The notes under the pieces: generated by a model
What the model saw: only the letters and a program-made list of their open reading frames with translations
Databases searched by the model: none
What the model was told of the DNA's origin: nothing
Part shown: positions 40,083 through 50,582 of the stretch, in pieces
Layout: every line of letters begins with the position of its first letter
How positions within the stretch are numbered: the first letter of the stretch is position 1
Made by a program: the position numbers and the translations under genes
Assembly (NCBI GenBank): GCA_963810935.1
Contig: CAWEPK010000008.1
Location: forward strand, 64,001-128,000
Source: an uncultured delta proteobacterium
GTDB taxonomy: Bacteria > Desulfobacterota > Syntrophorhabdia > Syntrophorhabdales > WCHB1-27
Direction of reading: 5' to 3'
Length of the DNA stretch: 64,000 bases

Positions 40083-41565
40083 ATGATTGAAGGCTCACGG
40101 ATCCTTCTGGTAGACGATAGTCCGGACATCATTCGGCTCCTGTCGGATTTCCTTGCTCCGTACGACTGCGAGGTTTACAAGGCGTACACCGGCAAGGAGG
40201 CCATTGACGTCCTCGCAGAGAGGCAGATCGAGATCGCCATACTCGACGTCAGGCTGCCTGACACGGACGGCATCTCGCTGCTCGATACGATCCGGCTCCA
40301 GGACCCCACTATCTCGGTCGTCATGATCACGGGCTACAACGACCCGGACCTTATCATAGAGGCGATGAAGAGGGGCGCAAGCGATTTCATCATGAAGCCC
40401 TTCTCCATAGACAAGCTTCTCCTCGGCATAATGCGGGTGCGCAAGCAGAGGGACCTGCTGATCGAGAAGAACAACGCAGTTTCAGGCCTCGAGGACGGCA
40501 AGAAAATCAGAGCTGCTCAACCGGCAGCTTCAGGCGAAGATAACCGAGCTTACGAAGATGCACCACATATCGAGCACGTTCAACTCGATGAGCATATTCG
40601 ACGACGTCTACGAAAAGACCGTCCGCATGATCAACGAAGTGCTCGGCTCGAACGCGTGCGGCTATTACATAATGGACCACGAGAACCGGGAGCTTATCCT
40701 ATATCGTGTGGAGACCGCTCCAGGCGCGGACGCAGTAGTGGAGAAGAAGATCGCCGTTACGCCGGAGCTGGTGGAGCAGGTCCGTTCCGGCAAAAGGCAC
40801 TTCCTGCGGAACAACATGGCGTTCCTGGCGCTGATAATAAAGGGGGAGTGGGTAGGCGCCCTGATGATGGCGGGCAGGTCAAACGGGCGCTCGAAGAAAA
40901 GCGCCTTCGGCCCTGACGACATCAATTTCCTCAAAGTAATCGCGGACAAGGCATCGACGCAGATAGAGAACAAGCTTCTTTACGAGAGTCTCTTCGAAAG
41001 CGTGCTTCATACTCTTACCTCTCTCATCGTTGCAATCAACAGGCGCGATATGTACACCGAGGGCCATTGCGGGCGGGTCGCCCAGATGTGCCTTGCCCTG
41101 GCGGACTGCCTCGGCGCCGGCGACTACGAGAAAGACGTTGTGCGCGTTGTCGCGCCCGTACACGACGTAGGGAAAGTCGGCATCCCGGATTCCATACTTC
41201 TCAAAAACGGCCCGCTAAGCACTGAGGAATACGACCTCATGAAGAGCCACTCCGCTTACGGAGAGCAGATAATAAGCCGCTTCGACATATTGTCGAACGA
41301 GGCGCTGATAACGCGCCACCACCACGAGAGGTTCGACGGGGCCGGCTACCCGGACGGGCTCTCGGGCAATGCCATACCCTTCTCTTCACGTCTGATCGCG
41401 GTCTGCGACACGTACGACGCCATGACCACCGATAGGCCGTACAGGAAGGGCCGGACGCACGAAGAGACACTGGCGGAGATTGAAAGGTGCAAAGGAAAGC
41501 AGTTCGATCCGATCATGGCGGATTGTTTCATGGAGATGATGCGCGATGGCTTCCGGCGGGATTGA
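40083..41565 (+). CDS. REC-GAF-like-HD-GYP c-di-GMP phosphodiesterase, split by an extra base at about 40509
   Basis: REC domain; HDVGK and HHERFDGAGYP; removing one base restores KKIELLNRQLQAKITEL. Confidence 0.88.
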
Positions 41566-42109
41566 GAGACGCCAGTTCTTCAGGATAAACGACCGCCTTC
41601 CGGTGCAATTCAGGGAAGTGGCTTACCCTGAGACGGTCGCGCTCCAAAAGAGCCTCATGCAATCGGACGTCCTGTTCGGCCGGCATGAGGCGCCCGTGGG
41701 CGAAGACGGAGCCGTCCTGCCGGGCAAGAGCGAGATGCACGCCTCCCTTAAGGCCATCGAGAAGAAACTGGATGCGGTAATCGATCTTTTGTCGCAGAGG
41801 CAATCGACTTTCGAAAGCGCATACGAAGACGTGACGATAAGCGGGTCCGGGCTGATGTTCCGCTCTCCCGCGCGCCTTGAGCAAGGCGCCTACCTGGAAA
41901 TGGGCGTGGGTCTGCCCGTTCGTCCCGGATACCGGGTGAAGGCCCTGGGGAAGGTGGTTCGGAGCGACCCGTGCAACAATCAGGGCGAGGAAGGCTGGGA
42001 GACAGCCGTAGGTTTTGCCGCCATAAGCGAGGAAGATCAGGACGCGATCGTCGGCTACGTCTTCTCAAAAGAGAGGGAAGGTCTGAGGATGCGCCAGATG
42101 CCTTCATGA
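41546..42109 (+). CDS. PilZ-domain protein
   Basis: ERRQFFR (RxxxR), TISGSG, GKVVR, AVGF. Confidence 0.85.
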   Translation: MASGGIERRQFFRINDRLPVQFREVAYPETVALQKSLMQSDVLFGRHEAPVGEDGAVLPGKSEMHASLKAIEKKLDAVIDLLSQRQSTFESAYEDVTISGSGLMFRSPARLEQGAYLEMGVGLPVRPGYRVKALGKVVRSDPCNNQGEEGWETAVGFAAISEEDQDAIVGYVFSKEREGLRMRQMPS

Positions 42110-42134
42110 TGCGCGGCCGGCCCGGGACAGAGCT

Positions 42135-42902
42135 ATGGACTTAGCGACTATTGTCGGACTGGTGCTTGGAATCGGGGCGGTCCTCGTCTCATTTACGATG
42201 GAAGGCGGCCACCTATCCGCGCTTATCCAGGCCCCTGCCATCATCCTCGTTATCGTGGGGACCGTCGGCGCGTCCATCATCACCACATCGTTCAATCAGC
42301 TACGCAACCTGCCGAAGCTCCTGAAGATCGTCCTTTTCCATCAGACCCTCGACCCCAGGCAGCTCATCGACCTTATCTACAAGCTGTCTCAGAAATCACG
42401 CAGGAACGGACTTCTGAGCCTGGAGAAAGACATCACCCATATCCCCGACGCTTTTTTGCGCAAGGCAATCCAGCTCGCAGTGGACGGCTTCGAGACGACG
42501 AAGATCAGGGAAATCCTCGAGATAGAGATGTCCTATATGCACGAGCGCCACAAGATGGGCTCCGCTTTCTTCCAGAAACTGGGCGGCTTCTCGCCGACCC
42601 TCGGCATAATGGGCACGGTCCTCGGCCTTATACACGCACTGAGCAGCATGGAAGATACCTCCCACATGGCCTCTGCCATAGCCGGCGCATTTATCGCCAC
42701 GCTCTGGGGCGTGGCGATGGCCAACCTCGTCTACCTGCCCATAGCCGATAAGCTCAGGGCAAAGCACCAGGACGAGGCGGTCTACCTGGAGATCATAAGC
42801 GAGGGGGTAGTCTCCCTCGCTATGGGTGACAACCCGCGAGTCATAAAGATGAAACTCCTTTCATTCCTCCTTCCCGACCTGCGGTCGCGCGAGGCAGCAT
42901 GA
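42135..42902 (+). CDS. motA: Flagellar stator MotA
   Basis: MDLATIVG, GLLSLE, PTLGIMGTVLGLI, AFIATLWG. Confidence 0.95.
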   Translation: MDLATIVGLVLGIGAVLVSFTMEGGHLSALIQAPAIILVIVGTVGASIITTSFNQLRNLPKLLKIVLFHQTLDPRQLIDLIYKLSQKSRRNGLLSLEKDITHIPDAFLRKAIQLAVDGFETTKIREILEIEMSYMHERHKMGSAFFQKLGGFSPTLGIMGTVLGLIHALSSMEDTSHMASAIAGAFIATLWGVAMANLVYLPIADKLRAKHQDEAVYLEIISEGVVSLAMGDNPRVIKMKLLSFLLPDLRSREAA

Positions 42903-43613
42903 ACCTGTCAAGAAGGCACAGGGAAGATGACCGGGAGAACCTGGACAGGTGGCTCATTACCTATGCGGACCTCATAACCCTCCTCCTTGCCTTTTTCATC
43001 ATGCTCTATACCTTTTCGAAGCAGGACGCCCGGAAGTACCAGGACCTCTCCAGCGAGTTGAAGACCATATTCAGCGGGGGCAAGACAGAAAAAGCCGCCG
43101 CCGTCCAGGCGGGCGTTGCCGCAGGGCAAAAACCCTCTACGGACATCGAGCGCGAGCTCGAGGACGAGTTGGCGGCGCTTGCCGGCGGGAAAGGCGAAGC
43201 CCACAAGGTGTCCGTCTTCAAGGACGAGAGGGGCACGGTCATCCGCGCAATGGATACGGCCTTCTTCGACGAGGGCAGGGCGGAGGCTGAAGGAAACGGC
43301 AAAGGAGGCGCTGAAAATGATCGCCCCCACGCTGGAAAAGACCAAAAGGCACGTCAGGATCGAGGGGCATACGGATAACGTGCCGATCAAGAACATGGAG
43401 TTCAAATCGAACTGGGAGCTTTCCGCGCGGAGGGCCACCGAGGTCGTCCGCTATCTCATAGAGAAGCACCGCTTCCCGGCGGACCGCATCTCCGTCTCCG
43501 GATACGCCGAATACCGCCCGATAGCAGCGAACGACTCGCCCCGCAACCGGGCAGTCAACAGGCGGATCGAGATAATCATTTTGAAAGGCGCGGAGGATTC
43601 ACCCGCCCAATAG
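42899..43613 (+). CDS. motB: Flagellar stator MotB, split by an extra G at about 43286
   Basis: WLITYADLITLLLAFF; OmpA-like domain IEGHTD, NWELSARRA, NRRIEI. Confidence 0.94.
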
Positions 43614-43689
43614 TAAAACCCCGCGGCCGGCGTGCCATCGCCTGCGGAATTCCTTGTCCGGCAGCCGCTCACTGTGTTAATATTGGTTC

Positions 43690-44466
43690 GTGGCCATCGA
43701 CCTTAATTGCGACATGGGCGAATCCTTCGGCGCTTACCGCATCGGGAACGACGCGGAGGCGGTGCGCCATATCACGAGCGCCAACCTCGCCTGCGGATTT
43801 CACGCCTCGGACCCCAACTGGATGGCGGACACGGTGGCGCTCTGCGCCGCCCACGGCGTAATGGTGGGCGCCCATCCGGGATACCCTGACATGACGGGCT
43901 TCGGCCGCAGGTCGATGCAGATGAGCGGGCGCGAGCTTATCAATTATGTCCTTTACCAGGTAGGCGCCCTTAAAGGCTTCCTCGACGCGGCCGGGTTGCC
44001 TCTCCAGCACATCAAGCTCCACGGCGCGCTTTACAATGACATGGTAAGGCGGGAGGACGAGCTGCTCGGTCTGGCCGCTGCCATGGATAAGGCGTTCAAG
44101 GGCGTGATCTTCGTCACCCTCGGCACGGCGAGGGGCGGGGCGCTGAAGAAGGCGGCAGCGGCAAAGGGGCTGCGGGTCGCGCTGGAGGCGTTCCCTGACA
44201 GGGCCTATACGGACGAAGGCGAGTTGATGGGGCGCCAGCACAAGGGGGCCGTGCTGAAGGACCCGGAGGCGATAGCGCTAAGGGCCGTTACGATGGCCTC
44301 CAGGAAAGGCGTAGAGAGCGCAGGCGGCAAGTGGATCGACATGGAGGTCGATACGCTTTGCATCCACGGCGACAATGCGGAGAGCATCAGCGCCGCCGGA
44401 AGGATCCGGACCCTCATGGACGAGCATGGCATAGCCGTGGAGCCGTTGTCCCGGCTGACGATATGA
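43690..44466 (+). CDS. pxpA: 5-oxoprolinase subunit A (LamB/YcsF)
   Basis: DLNCDMGESFG, ACGFHA, GAHPGYPD, HGALYN, CIHGD. Confidence 0.93.
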   Translation: MAIDLNCDMGESFGAYRIGNDAEAVRHITSANLACGFHASDPNWMADTVALCAAHGVMVGAHPGYPDMTGFGRRSMQMSGRELINYVLYQVGALKGFLDAAGLPLQHIKLHGALYNDMVRREDELLGLAAAMDKAFKGVIFVTLGTARGGALKKAAAAKGLRVALEAFPDRAYTDEGELMGRQHKGAVLKDPEAIALRAVTMASRKGVESAGGKWIDMEVDTLCIHGDNAESISAAGRIRTLMDEHGIAVEPLSRLTI

Positions 44467-44470
44467 CGGC

Positions 44471-45112
44471 ATGGACATACTGCCTTACGGAGAGGACGGA
44501 CTCCGCCTGGTATTCGGCAGCGAAGTAACGCTTGAGATCCACGAACTTGTGCGCAACGCGTATCTCTACCTGAGCACGGCCGCGCTTCCGGGCGTCACCG
44601 ACATAATCCCATCCTTCACGACCTGCCTGCTTATTTTCGACAATAACCGCGTAAGCTTCGGGAAACTGGCCGCAATCCTGCGGGAAAAGCAGGCCGAGAT
44701 GGCGGCGTCCGCGTGTAAGGAGCCGAAAATACACGAAGTCCCCGTCTCCTACGGCGGAGAATGGGGCGCTGATATGGACTCGGTCTGCGCCTATTCCGGC
44801 CTGACGGAAGACGAGGTCATAGAATGCCACACGTCAGCCGTCTATACGGTCTTCGCGGTGGGGTTCCTGCCGGGTTTCCCATATCTCGGCCCTCTCGACA
44901 AGAAGCTTTTCGTCCCGAGGCTCGAAGCGCCCCGCGTGAAAGTGCCGGAAGGCTCCGTAGGCATCGCCCAGCTCCAGACGGGCATCTACACCTTCGACTC
45001 GCCCGGCGGCTGGAGGATCATAGGAAAGACGCGCATCAGGGCCTTCGATACGGAAAGGCCGCCCCACAGCCTCTTTTCGATGGGCGACCGGGTGCGCTTC
45101 GTGAGGGTGTGA
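44471..45112 (+). CDS. pxpB: 5-oxoprolinase subunit B
   Basis: GFLPGFPYLG, GSVGIA, TGIY, SPGGWRIIG. Confidence 0.93.
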   Translation: MDILPYGEDGLRLVFGSEVTLEIHELVRNAYLYLSTAALPGVTDIIPSFTTCLLIFDNNRVSFGKLAAILREKQAEMAASACKEPKIHEVPVSYGGEWGADMDSVCAYSGLTEDEVIECHTSAVYTVFAVGFLPGFPYLGPLDKKLFVPRLEAPRVKVPEGSVGIAQLQTGIYTFDSPGGWRIIGKTRIRAFDTERPPHSLFSMGDRVRFVRV

Positions 45113-46072
45113 TGGCGGCTGAGATAAAGGTCGTCAACCCCGGATGGCTCTCTATCATTGTCGATGAGGGAAGGTCCGGCCTTGCCCATATAGGCGTCCC
45201 ACGCTCCCCGGCCCTCGACGGCTTGGCCTTCGCGGCCCTCAACGTCCTGCTGGAAAATCCGGCCCGGCACGCCCGCTATAGAGGTCTTCGGCACGGAGTT
45301 CTCCATCGCATTTTCGCAAAGTGCGACCGTGGCCGTAACGGGCGCGCGGGTGGCGGCCTTCATGGACGGCGCTCCCGCTCCGCCGTGGGCTGCGTTCGAC
45401 GTTAAGGCGGGCAGCGTGTTGAGGGTGGCCCAGGTGCTCGAAGGCTTCAGGTATTACGTAGGGTTCGCGGGCGCCATGGACCTGCCTGCCGTGATGGGAA
45501 GCCGCTCGACGAACCTCGAATGCATGTTCGGCGGCCTATCGGGCAGACCGCTTATAAAAGGAGACCGCATCGGCCTGGCTGCATGCAGGCGCGTGGCGGC
45601 TAAGTCCGTCCCTGCACAGAACCTGCCTCTCATGGCGCCGCCCCACGTGCTGCGCCTCCTCGACGGCCCTGAAAAGGACCTGCTCACCCGGGACTCCATC
45701 GATAAATTCTGTAATATCGAGAAGAATCTGTGGTACTCTGTCTCTGCGAAATCGAACAGGACGGGCATCCGGCTCGACGGGGAGCCGATGGCGTTCACGC
45801 AGGAGGAAACGGGCGGAATCGTATCGGAAGGGCTGCTGCCCGGGACTGTGCAGGTGCCGCCGGACGGCCGGCCGATCATCGGGCTTTTTGAGAAGACGAT
45901 GGGCGGCTACGCAAGGGCAGGGGTGGTCGCATCCGCAGACATGGACCGCCTGGCCCACCTGAGACCGAAGGACAAGGTGATGTTCGACCGCATAACGCCC
46001 GATGAGGCGATAGCGCTGAAGCACGCGAGGGGAAATTACATGACCTCTCTTTATAAAACAATAGGGGGTTGA
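45112..46072 (+). CDS. pxpC: 5-oxoprolinase subunit C, split by an extra base at about 45265
   Basis: DEGRSG...GVP N-terminus; MGSRST, SNRTGIRL, PGTVQVP, TMGGY. Confidence 0.88.
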
Positions 46073-46073
46073 C

Positions 46074-47333
46074 ATGAGAAAAGCGATAGCCGGTTTATGC
46101 CTCTTTTCATTCGTCCTATGCCTTGCCGCATCCGGCCTGGCCGCCGAAAAAGAGATTAGGATCGGCGTCATATACCCTCTGACCGGCCCTGCCGCCTCGA
46201 CCGGCCAGGTGCTGCTGGAAGGGGTGAAGCTCGCGGCGGAGATCATCAATAACAAGTACAACCTGAATATGCCGCTCGCCAAGACTGCCGGGCTTCCCAA
46301 CCTCGGAGGGGCAAAGATCGTAATTGTCTCCGGCGACCACCAGGCTAAGCCCGATGTTGGCATGGCCGAAGCGGAGCGGCTGATCACGCAGGAAAAGGTC
46401 GTTGCCCTCATCGGCGCATATCACAGCGCAGTCACGGCCACGGCAAGCCAGGCGGCAGAGCGGTACGGCGTGCCTTTCGTCAACGGCGACTCCACGTCGC
46501 CCACCCTGACGGAGAGGGGCTTCCAGTGGTTCTTCAGGACGACCCCCAGCGACCAGCTCTTCGCGGAGAACTTCTTCCAGTTCCTCAATGACGTTAAAAA
46601 GAAAAAGGGCGTCGAGACCGGGCCCGTATCACTCTTCAACGAGAACACGCTTTTCGGCACCGACACGACAAAATTCGAGGAAAAGTTCGCCAAGCAGTAC
46701 AACTACAAGATAGCGGGCCTCGTGACGTACCCCGCAAAGAGCACGCAGCTTACGAGCGAGATCCAGAGGCTCAAAGGCTTCAACGCGAAGGTCGTATTGC
46801 AGACGTCTTACGTGGCCGACGCCATCCTTTCCGTCAAAACGTTTAAAGAGCTTAATTTTACGCCCGACGCGATCATCGGCAACGACGCGGGCCACATCGA
46901 CCCGGAGTTCGTGAAATCCCTCGGCAAGGACGCGAATTACTTCTTCTCCCGCGAAGTCTGGGCGCTCGACCTCGGCGCCAAGAAGCCGATGCTGAAGACG
47001 GTGGCGGAGATGTTCCAGAAACGGACCGGTAAGCCGATGGACGGCTCGTCGTCGCGCGCCTTTACGGCTATGATCGTACTGGCGGACGCGATCAACAGGG
47101 CCGGTTCTACGGACCCCGCCAAGATCAAGAAGGCCCTCCTCGAGACGAACCTGAAGGCAGACCAGCTCATCATGCCGTGGAACGGTGTAAAGTTCGACCC
47201 CCAGACGCACCAGAATATGTTGGGCAGGGGCATCATCGTCCAGGTCCAGGGCGAGAAATACTATACTGTGTGGCCCTTCGACCTTGCCACGAAGGACGTA
47301 GTGTGGCCCTTCCCGAAGTGGGACAAGAGGTAA
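46074..47333 (+). CDS. Liv-type ABC transporter periplasmic binding protein
   Basis: Signal peptide, IGVIYPLTG, WFFRTTP. Confidence 0.92.
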   Translation: MRKAIAGLCLFSFVLCLAASGLAAEKEIRIGVIYPLTGPAASTGQVLLEGVKLAAEIINNKYNLNMPLAKTAGLPNLGGAKIVIVSGDHQAKPDVGMAEAERLITQEKVVALIGAYHSAVTATASQAAERYGVPFVNGDSTSPTLTERGFQWFFRTTPSDQLFAENFFQFLNDVKKKKGVETGPVSLFNENTLFGTDTTKFEEKFAKQYNYKIAGLVTYPAKSTQLTSEIQRLKGFNAKVVLQTSYVADAILSVKTFKELNFTPDAIIGNDAGHIDPEFVKSLGKDANYFFSREVWALDLGAKKPMLKTVAEMFQKRTGKPMDGSSSRAFTAMIVLADAINRAGSTDPAKIKKALLETNLKADQLIMPWNGVKFDPQTHQNMLGRGIIVQVQGEKYYTVWPFDLATKDVVWPFPKWDKR

Positions 47334-47343
47334 GAACGCGTAA

Positions 47344-48204
47344 ATGGAGATATTCGCGCAAACCTTGGTCAGCGGGCTGCTGATCGGCCTTCTTTACGCA
47401 CTGATCGCCGTGGGTCTCACGATGATATTCGGCGTGATGGATATCGTCAACTTCGCCCACGGCGAATACCTCATGGTCGCCATGTACCTGGCTTACTGGG
47501 CTTTCGCGCTGCTCGGTCTCGACCCGCTTTATTCGCTGCCCGCCGTTACCGTAGCGCTCTTCGGCTTAGGGGTGATCACCTATTACCTGCTCATCAGAAA
47601 GATCATCAACGCCCCGATGCTTTCGCAGATATTTGTCACGTTCGGCATCCTCATATTCCTTCGGGGCTTGGCCCAGTTCCTCTGGAAGGCCGACTACAGG
47701 GCCATCCCGCATTCCGTGCTCAGCGGCAGCATCCACGTCTCGGGCGTCTATATCGGCGTGCCGCAGATAGTGGCGGCAGTGGGCGCCATCGTCTGCAACG
47801 GCCTTATCTACCTTTTTATGAAAAGGACCCGCCTGGGCATGGCCCTTGAGGCCGTTGCCGAGGACAAGGAGGCGGCCCGCCTCATGGGCATCAACAGCGA
47901 CCGCATGTTTGCTCTGGCCTGGGGCATCGGTATAGCGAGCGTGGGCGTGGCGGGGGGCCTCCTTTCGAGCTTTTATTACACATTTCCGGAGGTGGGCGGT
48001 AATTTCGGCCTTATAGCGTTCGTCGTGGTGGCGCTCGGCGGCTTCGGCAGCGTAGTCGGGGCCTTCATTGCGGGCGTGATCGTCGGCCTCGTTGAAGTCA
48101 TGAGCGGGTACCTGTTCGCTCCGTCGATCAAATTCGTTGTCGTCCTCGCCCTCTACCTCGCCGTCGTTGTGGCGAGACCGCAGGGGCTTCTGGGCAAGGC
48201 GTGA
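47344..48204 (+). CDS. Liv-type ABC permease (LivH-like)
   Basis: GLTMIFGVMDIVNFAHG, ALGGFGS, RPQGLLG. Confidence 0.92.
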   Translation: MEIFAQTLVSGLLIGLLYALIAVGLTMIFGVMDIVNFAHGEYLMVAMYLAYWAFALLGLDPLYSLPAVTVALFGLGVITYYLLIRKIINAPMLSQIFVTFGILIFLRGLAQFLWKADYRAIPHSVLSGSIHVSGVYIGVPQIVAAVGAIVCNGLIYLFMKRTRLGMALEAVAEDKEAARLMGINSDRMFALAWGIGIASVGVAGGLLSSFYYTFPEVGGNFGLIAFVVVALGGFGSVVGAFIAGVIVGLVEVMSGYLFAPSIKFVVVLALYLAVVVARPQGLLGKA

Positions 48205-48211
48205 GGGGACG

Positions 48212-49156
48212 ATGAAGAAGAGTATTTCCCTGTTCCTTCTTTTTGTCGCAGCGCTCATAGCCTTTCCCGTTTTCTTCCGCAACCCATTCCCGAGACATCT
48301 GCTCATCATGATAATGATGTACGCCGTAATGAGCATCGGCTGGAACATCATAGGCGGCTACGCGGGACAGGTGTCTTTCGGCAACGCGGCGTTTTTCGGT
48401 GTGGGCGCATACGCGTCGGCCATCCTTCTGACGAAGGCGGGGCTCTCGCCGTGGATAGGCATGGGCGTGGGCTGCATCGCGTCACTGGTGCTCGCCGTAG
48501 TCGTCGGCTATCCGTGCTTCAGACTGAAAGGCCATTACTTCGCCATAGCGACCATCGCGGTGGGCGAGATCATGATGGGCCTTTTCATGGTGTGGGATTT
48601 CGTCGGCGCCGCAGTCGGCGTTTACATGCCCATCCTTCCGCAGTCTTTCGCCAATTTCGAGTTCCACGCAACAAAGATTCCGTATTACTACATCATGCTC
48701 GCGATACTCCTGGCGGCTATCGGCGTTGCCTTCCGGGTGGAGCACAGCAGGCTGGGATACTACCTGCGGGCAATCAAGGACGACCCGGACGGTGCGCGGA
48801 GCGTCGGTATAAATATCCAGAAATACAAGATGTACGCGTTTTGCCTTTCGGCGGTGCTTACGTCGGTCTGCGGCACTTTTTACGCCCAGTACGTGCTCTA
48901 CATAGACCCGCCGAGCACCTTCGGGTTGATGATATCGATCGACCTGTGCATCATCTCCCTCATCGGCGGCCTGGGCAAGCTGATGGGGCCGGTCATAGGC
49001 TCCTTTGTCTTCATACCCCTTATCGAGCTGACGCGCGTCTACCTGGGCAGTGAGGGGCAAGGGATCGACCTGATGCTCTATTCGGCGTTGATGATAGTAC
49101 TCGCCATTCTGAGGCCGCAGGGCCTTTTCGGCCTTTTCACGCGAGGCGCCCGATGA
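48212..49156 (+). CDS. Liv-type ABC permease (LivM-like)
   Basis: GYAGQVSFG, YFAIAT, IGGLG, RPQG. Confidence 0.92.
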   Translation: MKKSISLFLLFVAALIAFPVFFRNPFPRHLLIMIMMYAVMSIGWNIIGGYAGQVSFGNAAFFGVGAYASAILLTKAGLSPWIGMGVGCIASLVLAVVVGYPCFRLKGHYFAIATIAVGEIMMGLFMVWDFVGAAVGVYMPILPQSFANFEFHATKIPYYYIMLAILLAAIGVAFRVEHSRLGYYLRAIKDDPDGARSVGINIQKYKMYAFCLSAVLTSVCGTFYAQYVLYIDPPSTFGLMISIDLCIISLIGGLGKLMGPVIGSFVFIPLIELTRVYLGSEGQGIDLMLYSALMIVLAILRPQGLFGLFTRGAR

Positions 49157-49902
49157 GCGAGATACTGCGCCTGGAAGGCGTGACGAAGCGCTTCGGCGGC
49201 CTGGCTGCGAACCAGGACATCTCGTTCTCGGTCGAGAAAGGCGACGTCATAGGGCTGATCGGCCCGAACGGGGCGGGCAAGTCAACGCTCTTCAACTGCA
49301 TTTCCTGCTTCTACCGGGCAAGCGCCGGCCGCATACTCTTCCGGGGCGAAGAGATCACGAACGACACGCCGGAGACAGCGTGCAGGAAGGGCATCGGACG
49401 GACCTTCCAGATCGTGCGGATATTCAAGGAAATGAGCGTCCTCGAAAACATCATGATAGGCGCATTCCTGAAGTACGACAAAACAAAGGCAGCCGCAAAC
49501 AGGGCAGGGGAGGTCGCGGAGCTTTTCGGCTTCTCCGCAAGGCTCGGCAGACAGGCCGGCTCGCTCACAATATCCGAGCAGAAGCGCCTGGAAGTGGCGC
49601 GCGCCTTCGCCACGGGGCCGGAGATACTGCTGCTTGACGAGATTATGGCAGGGCTCAATATCGGCGAGGTGCGAGAAACGACCGAGCTTATGGGACGTTT
49701 GAAAAGCCTCGGCATGACGCTCCTGCTCGTCGAGCACGTGATGGAAGGCATCATGCCCGTTGCGGACAAGGTGGTCGTCCTCGACTACGGCCGGAAGATA
49801 GCGGAAGGCCCTCCATCGGAGATCGTAAAGGACGAAAAAGTGATAAAGGCGTATCTTGGAGTGAAGTATGCTGAGCGTAGAGCGCGTAGACCTGTCGTAT
49901 AG
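49153..49902 (+). CDS. Liv-type ABC ATPase (LivG-like)
   Basis: GPNGAGKST, RTFQ, LLLDE, C-terminal AYLG. Confidence 0.93.
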   Translation: MSEILRLEGVTKRFGGLAANQDISFSVEKGDVIGLIGPNGAGKSTLFNCISCFYRASAGRILFRGEEITNDTPETACRKGIGRTFQIVRIFKEMSVLENIMIGAFLKYDKTKAAANRAGEVAELFGFSARLGRQAGSLTISEQKRLEVARAFATGPEILLLDEIMAGLNIGEVRETTELMGRLKSLGMTLLLVEHVMEGIMPVADKVVVLDYGRKIAEGPPSEIVKDEKVIKAYLGVKYAERRARRPVV

Positions 49903-50572
49903 CGGCGTCAAGGTCGTAGATTCGGTCTCCTTCCACGTGGAACAGGGGGAGATCGTTGCGCTCATCGGCGGAAACGGCAACGGGAAATCGACGATCCTTA
50001 AAGGCGTCAGCGGGATCGTCCACCCTGCCTCCGGAAAGGTGACCTTCGAGGGGCGGGACATCACGCGCCTCGACGCGCACAAGATCGTGGCCCTGGGCGT
50101 CTCCCACGTGCCGGAAGGTCGGCGTCTGTTCCCCTCCCTGAGCGTTTATAAGAACCTGCTCCTCGGCGCCTACCTCGTCTCCGACAAGAAAGAGGTAGCG
50201 GAGCGGATGGACTACGTCTATTCGATATTCCCCATACTGAAGGAGCGGGCGTCGCAAAAGGCGAAGACGCTCTCCGGCGGCGAGCAGCAGATGGTGGCTA
50301 TCGGGCGGGGGCTGATGAGCAGGCCGAAGCTGCTCATGCTGGACGAGCCTTCGTGGGGGATTGCGCCTATCCTGGTGGACAAGATATTCGAGGTCATCGG
50401 GGAGATACGGAAGAACGGGGTGACAGTGCTGCTGGTCGAGCAGGACGTCGAGGCGGCGCTCGACATAGCGGACCGGGCCTATGTTATCCAGACGGGCAAG
50501 GTTGTGCTGGAGGGCAAGGGCCGGGAGTTGCGGGATTCCGAACTTATCCAGAAGGCGTTCCTGGGTCTGTAG
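49868..50572 (+). CDS. Liv-type ABC ATPase (LivF-like)
   Basis: GGNGNGKST, VPEGR, LSGGEQQM, LDEPS. Confidence 0.93.
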   Translation: MLSVERVDLSYSGVKVVDSVSFHVEQGEIVALIGGNGNGKSTILKGVSGIVHPASGKVTFEGRDITRLDAHKIVALGVSHVPEGRRLFPSLSVYKNLLLGAYLVSDKKEVAERMDYVYSIFPILKERASQKAKTLSGGEQQMVAIGRGLMSRPKLLMLDEPSWGIAPILVDKIFEVIGEIRKNGVTVLLVEQDVEAALDIADRAYVIQTGKVVLEGKGRELRDSELIQKAFLGL

Positions 50573-50582
50573 GGGCTGTCAA

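Noticed and set aside
1..43613. Decaying flagellar cluster
   Set aside because: No in-frame stops or large deletions, promoters intact, and the same indels occur in non-flagellar genes (pxpC, mltD-like); not fully excluded without reads
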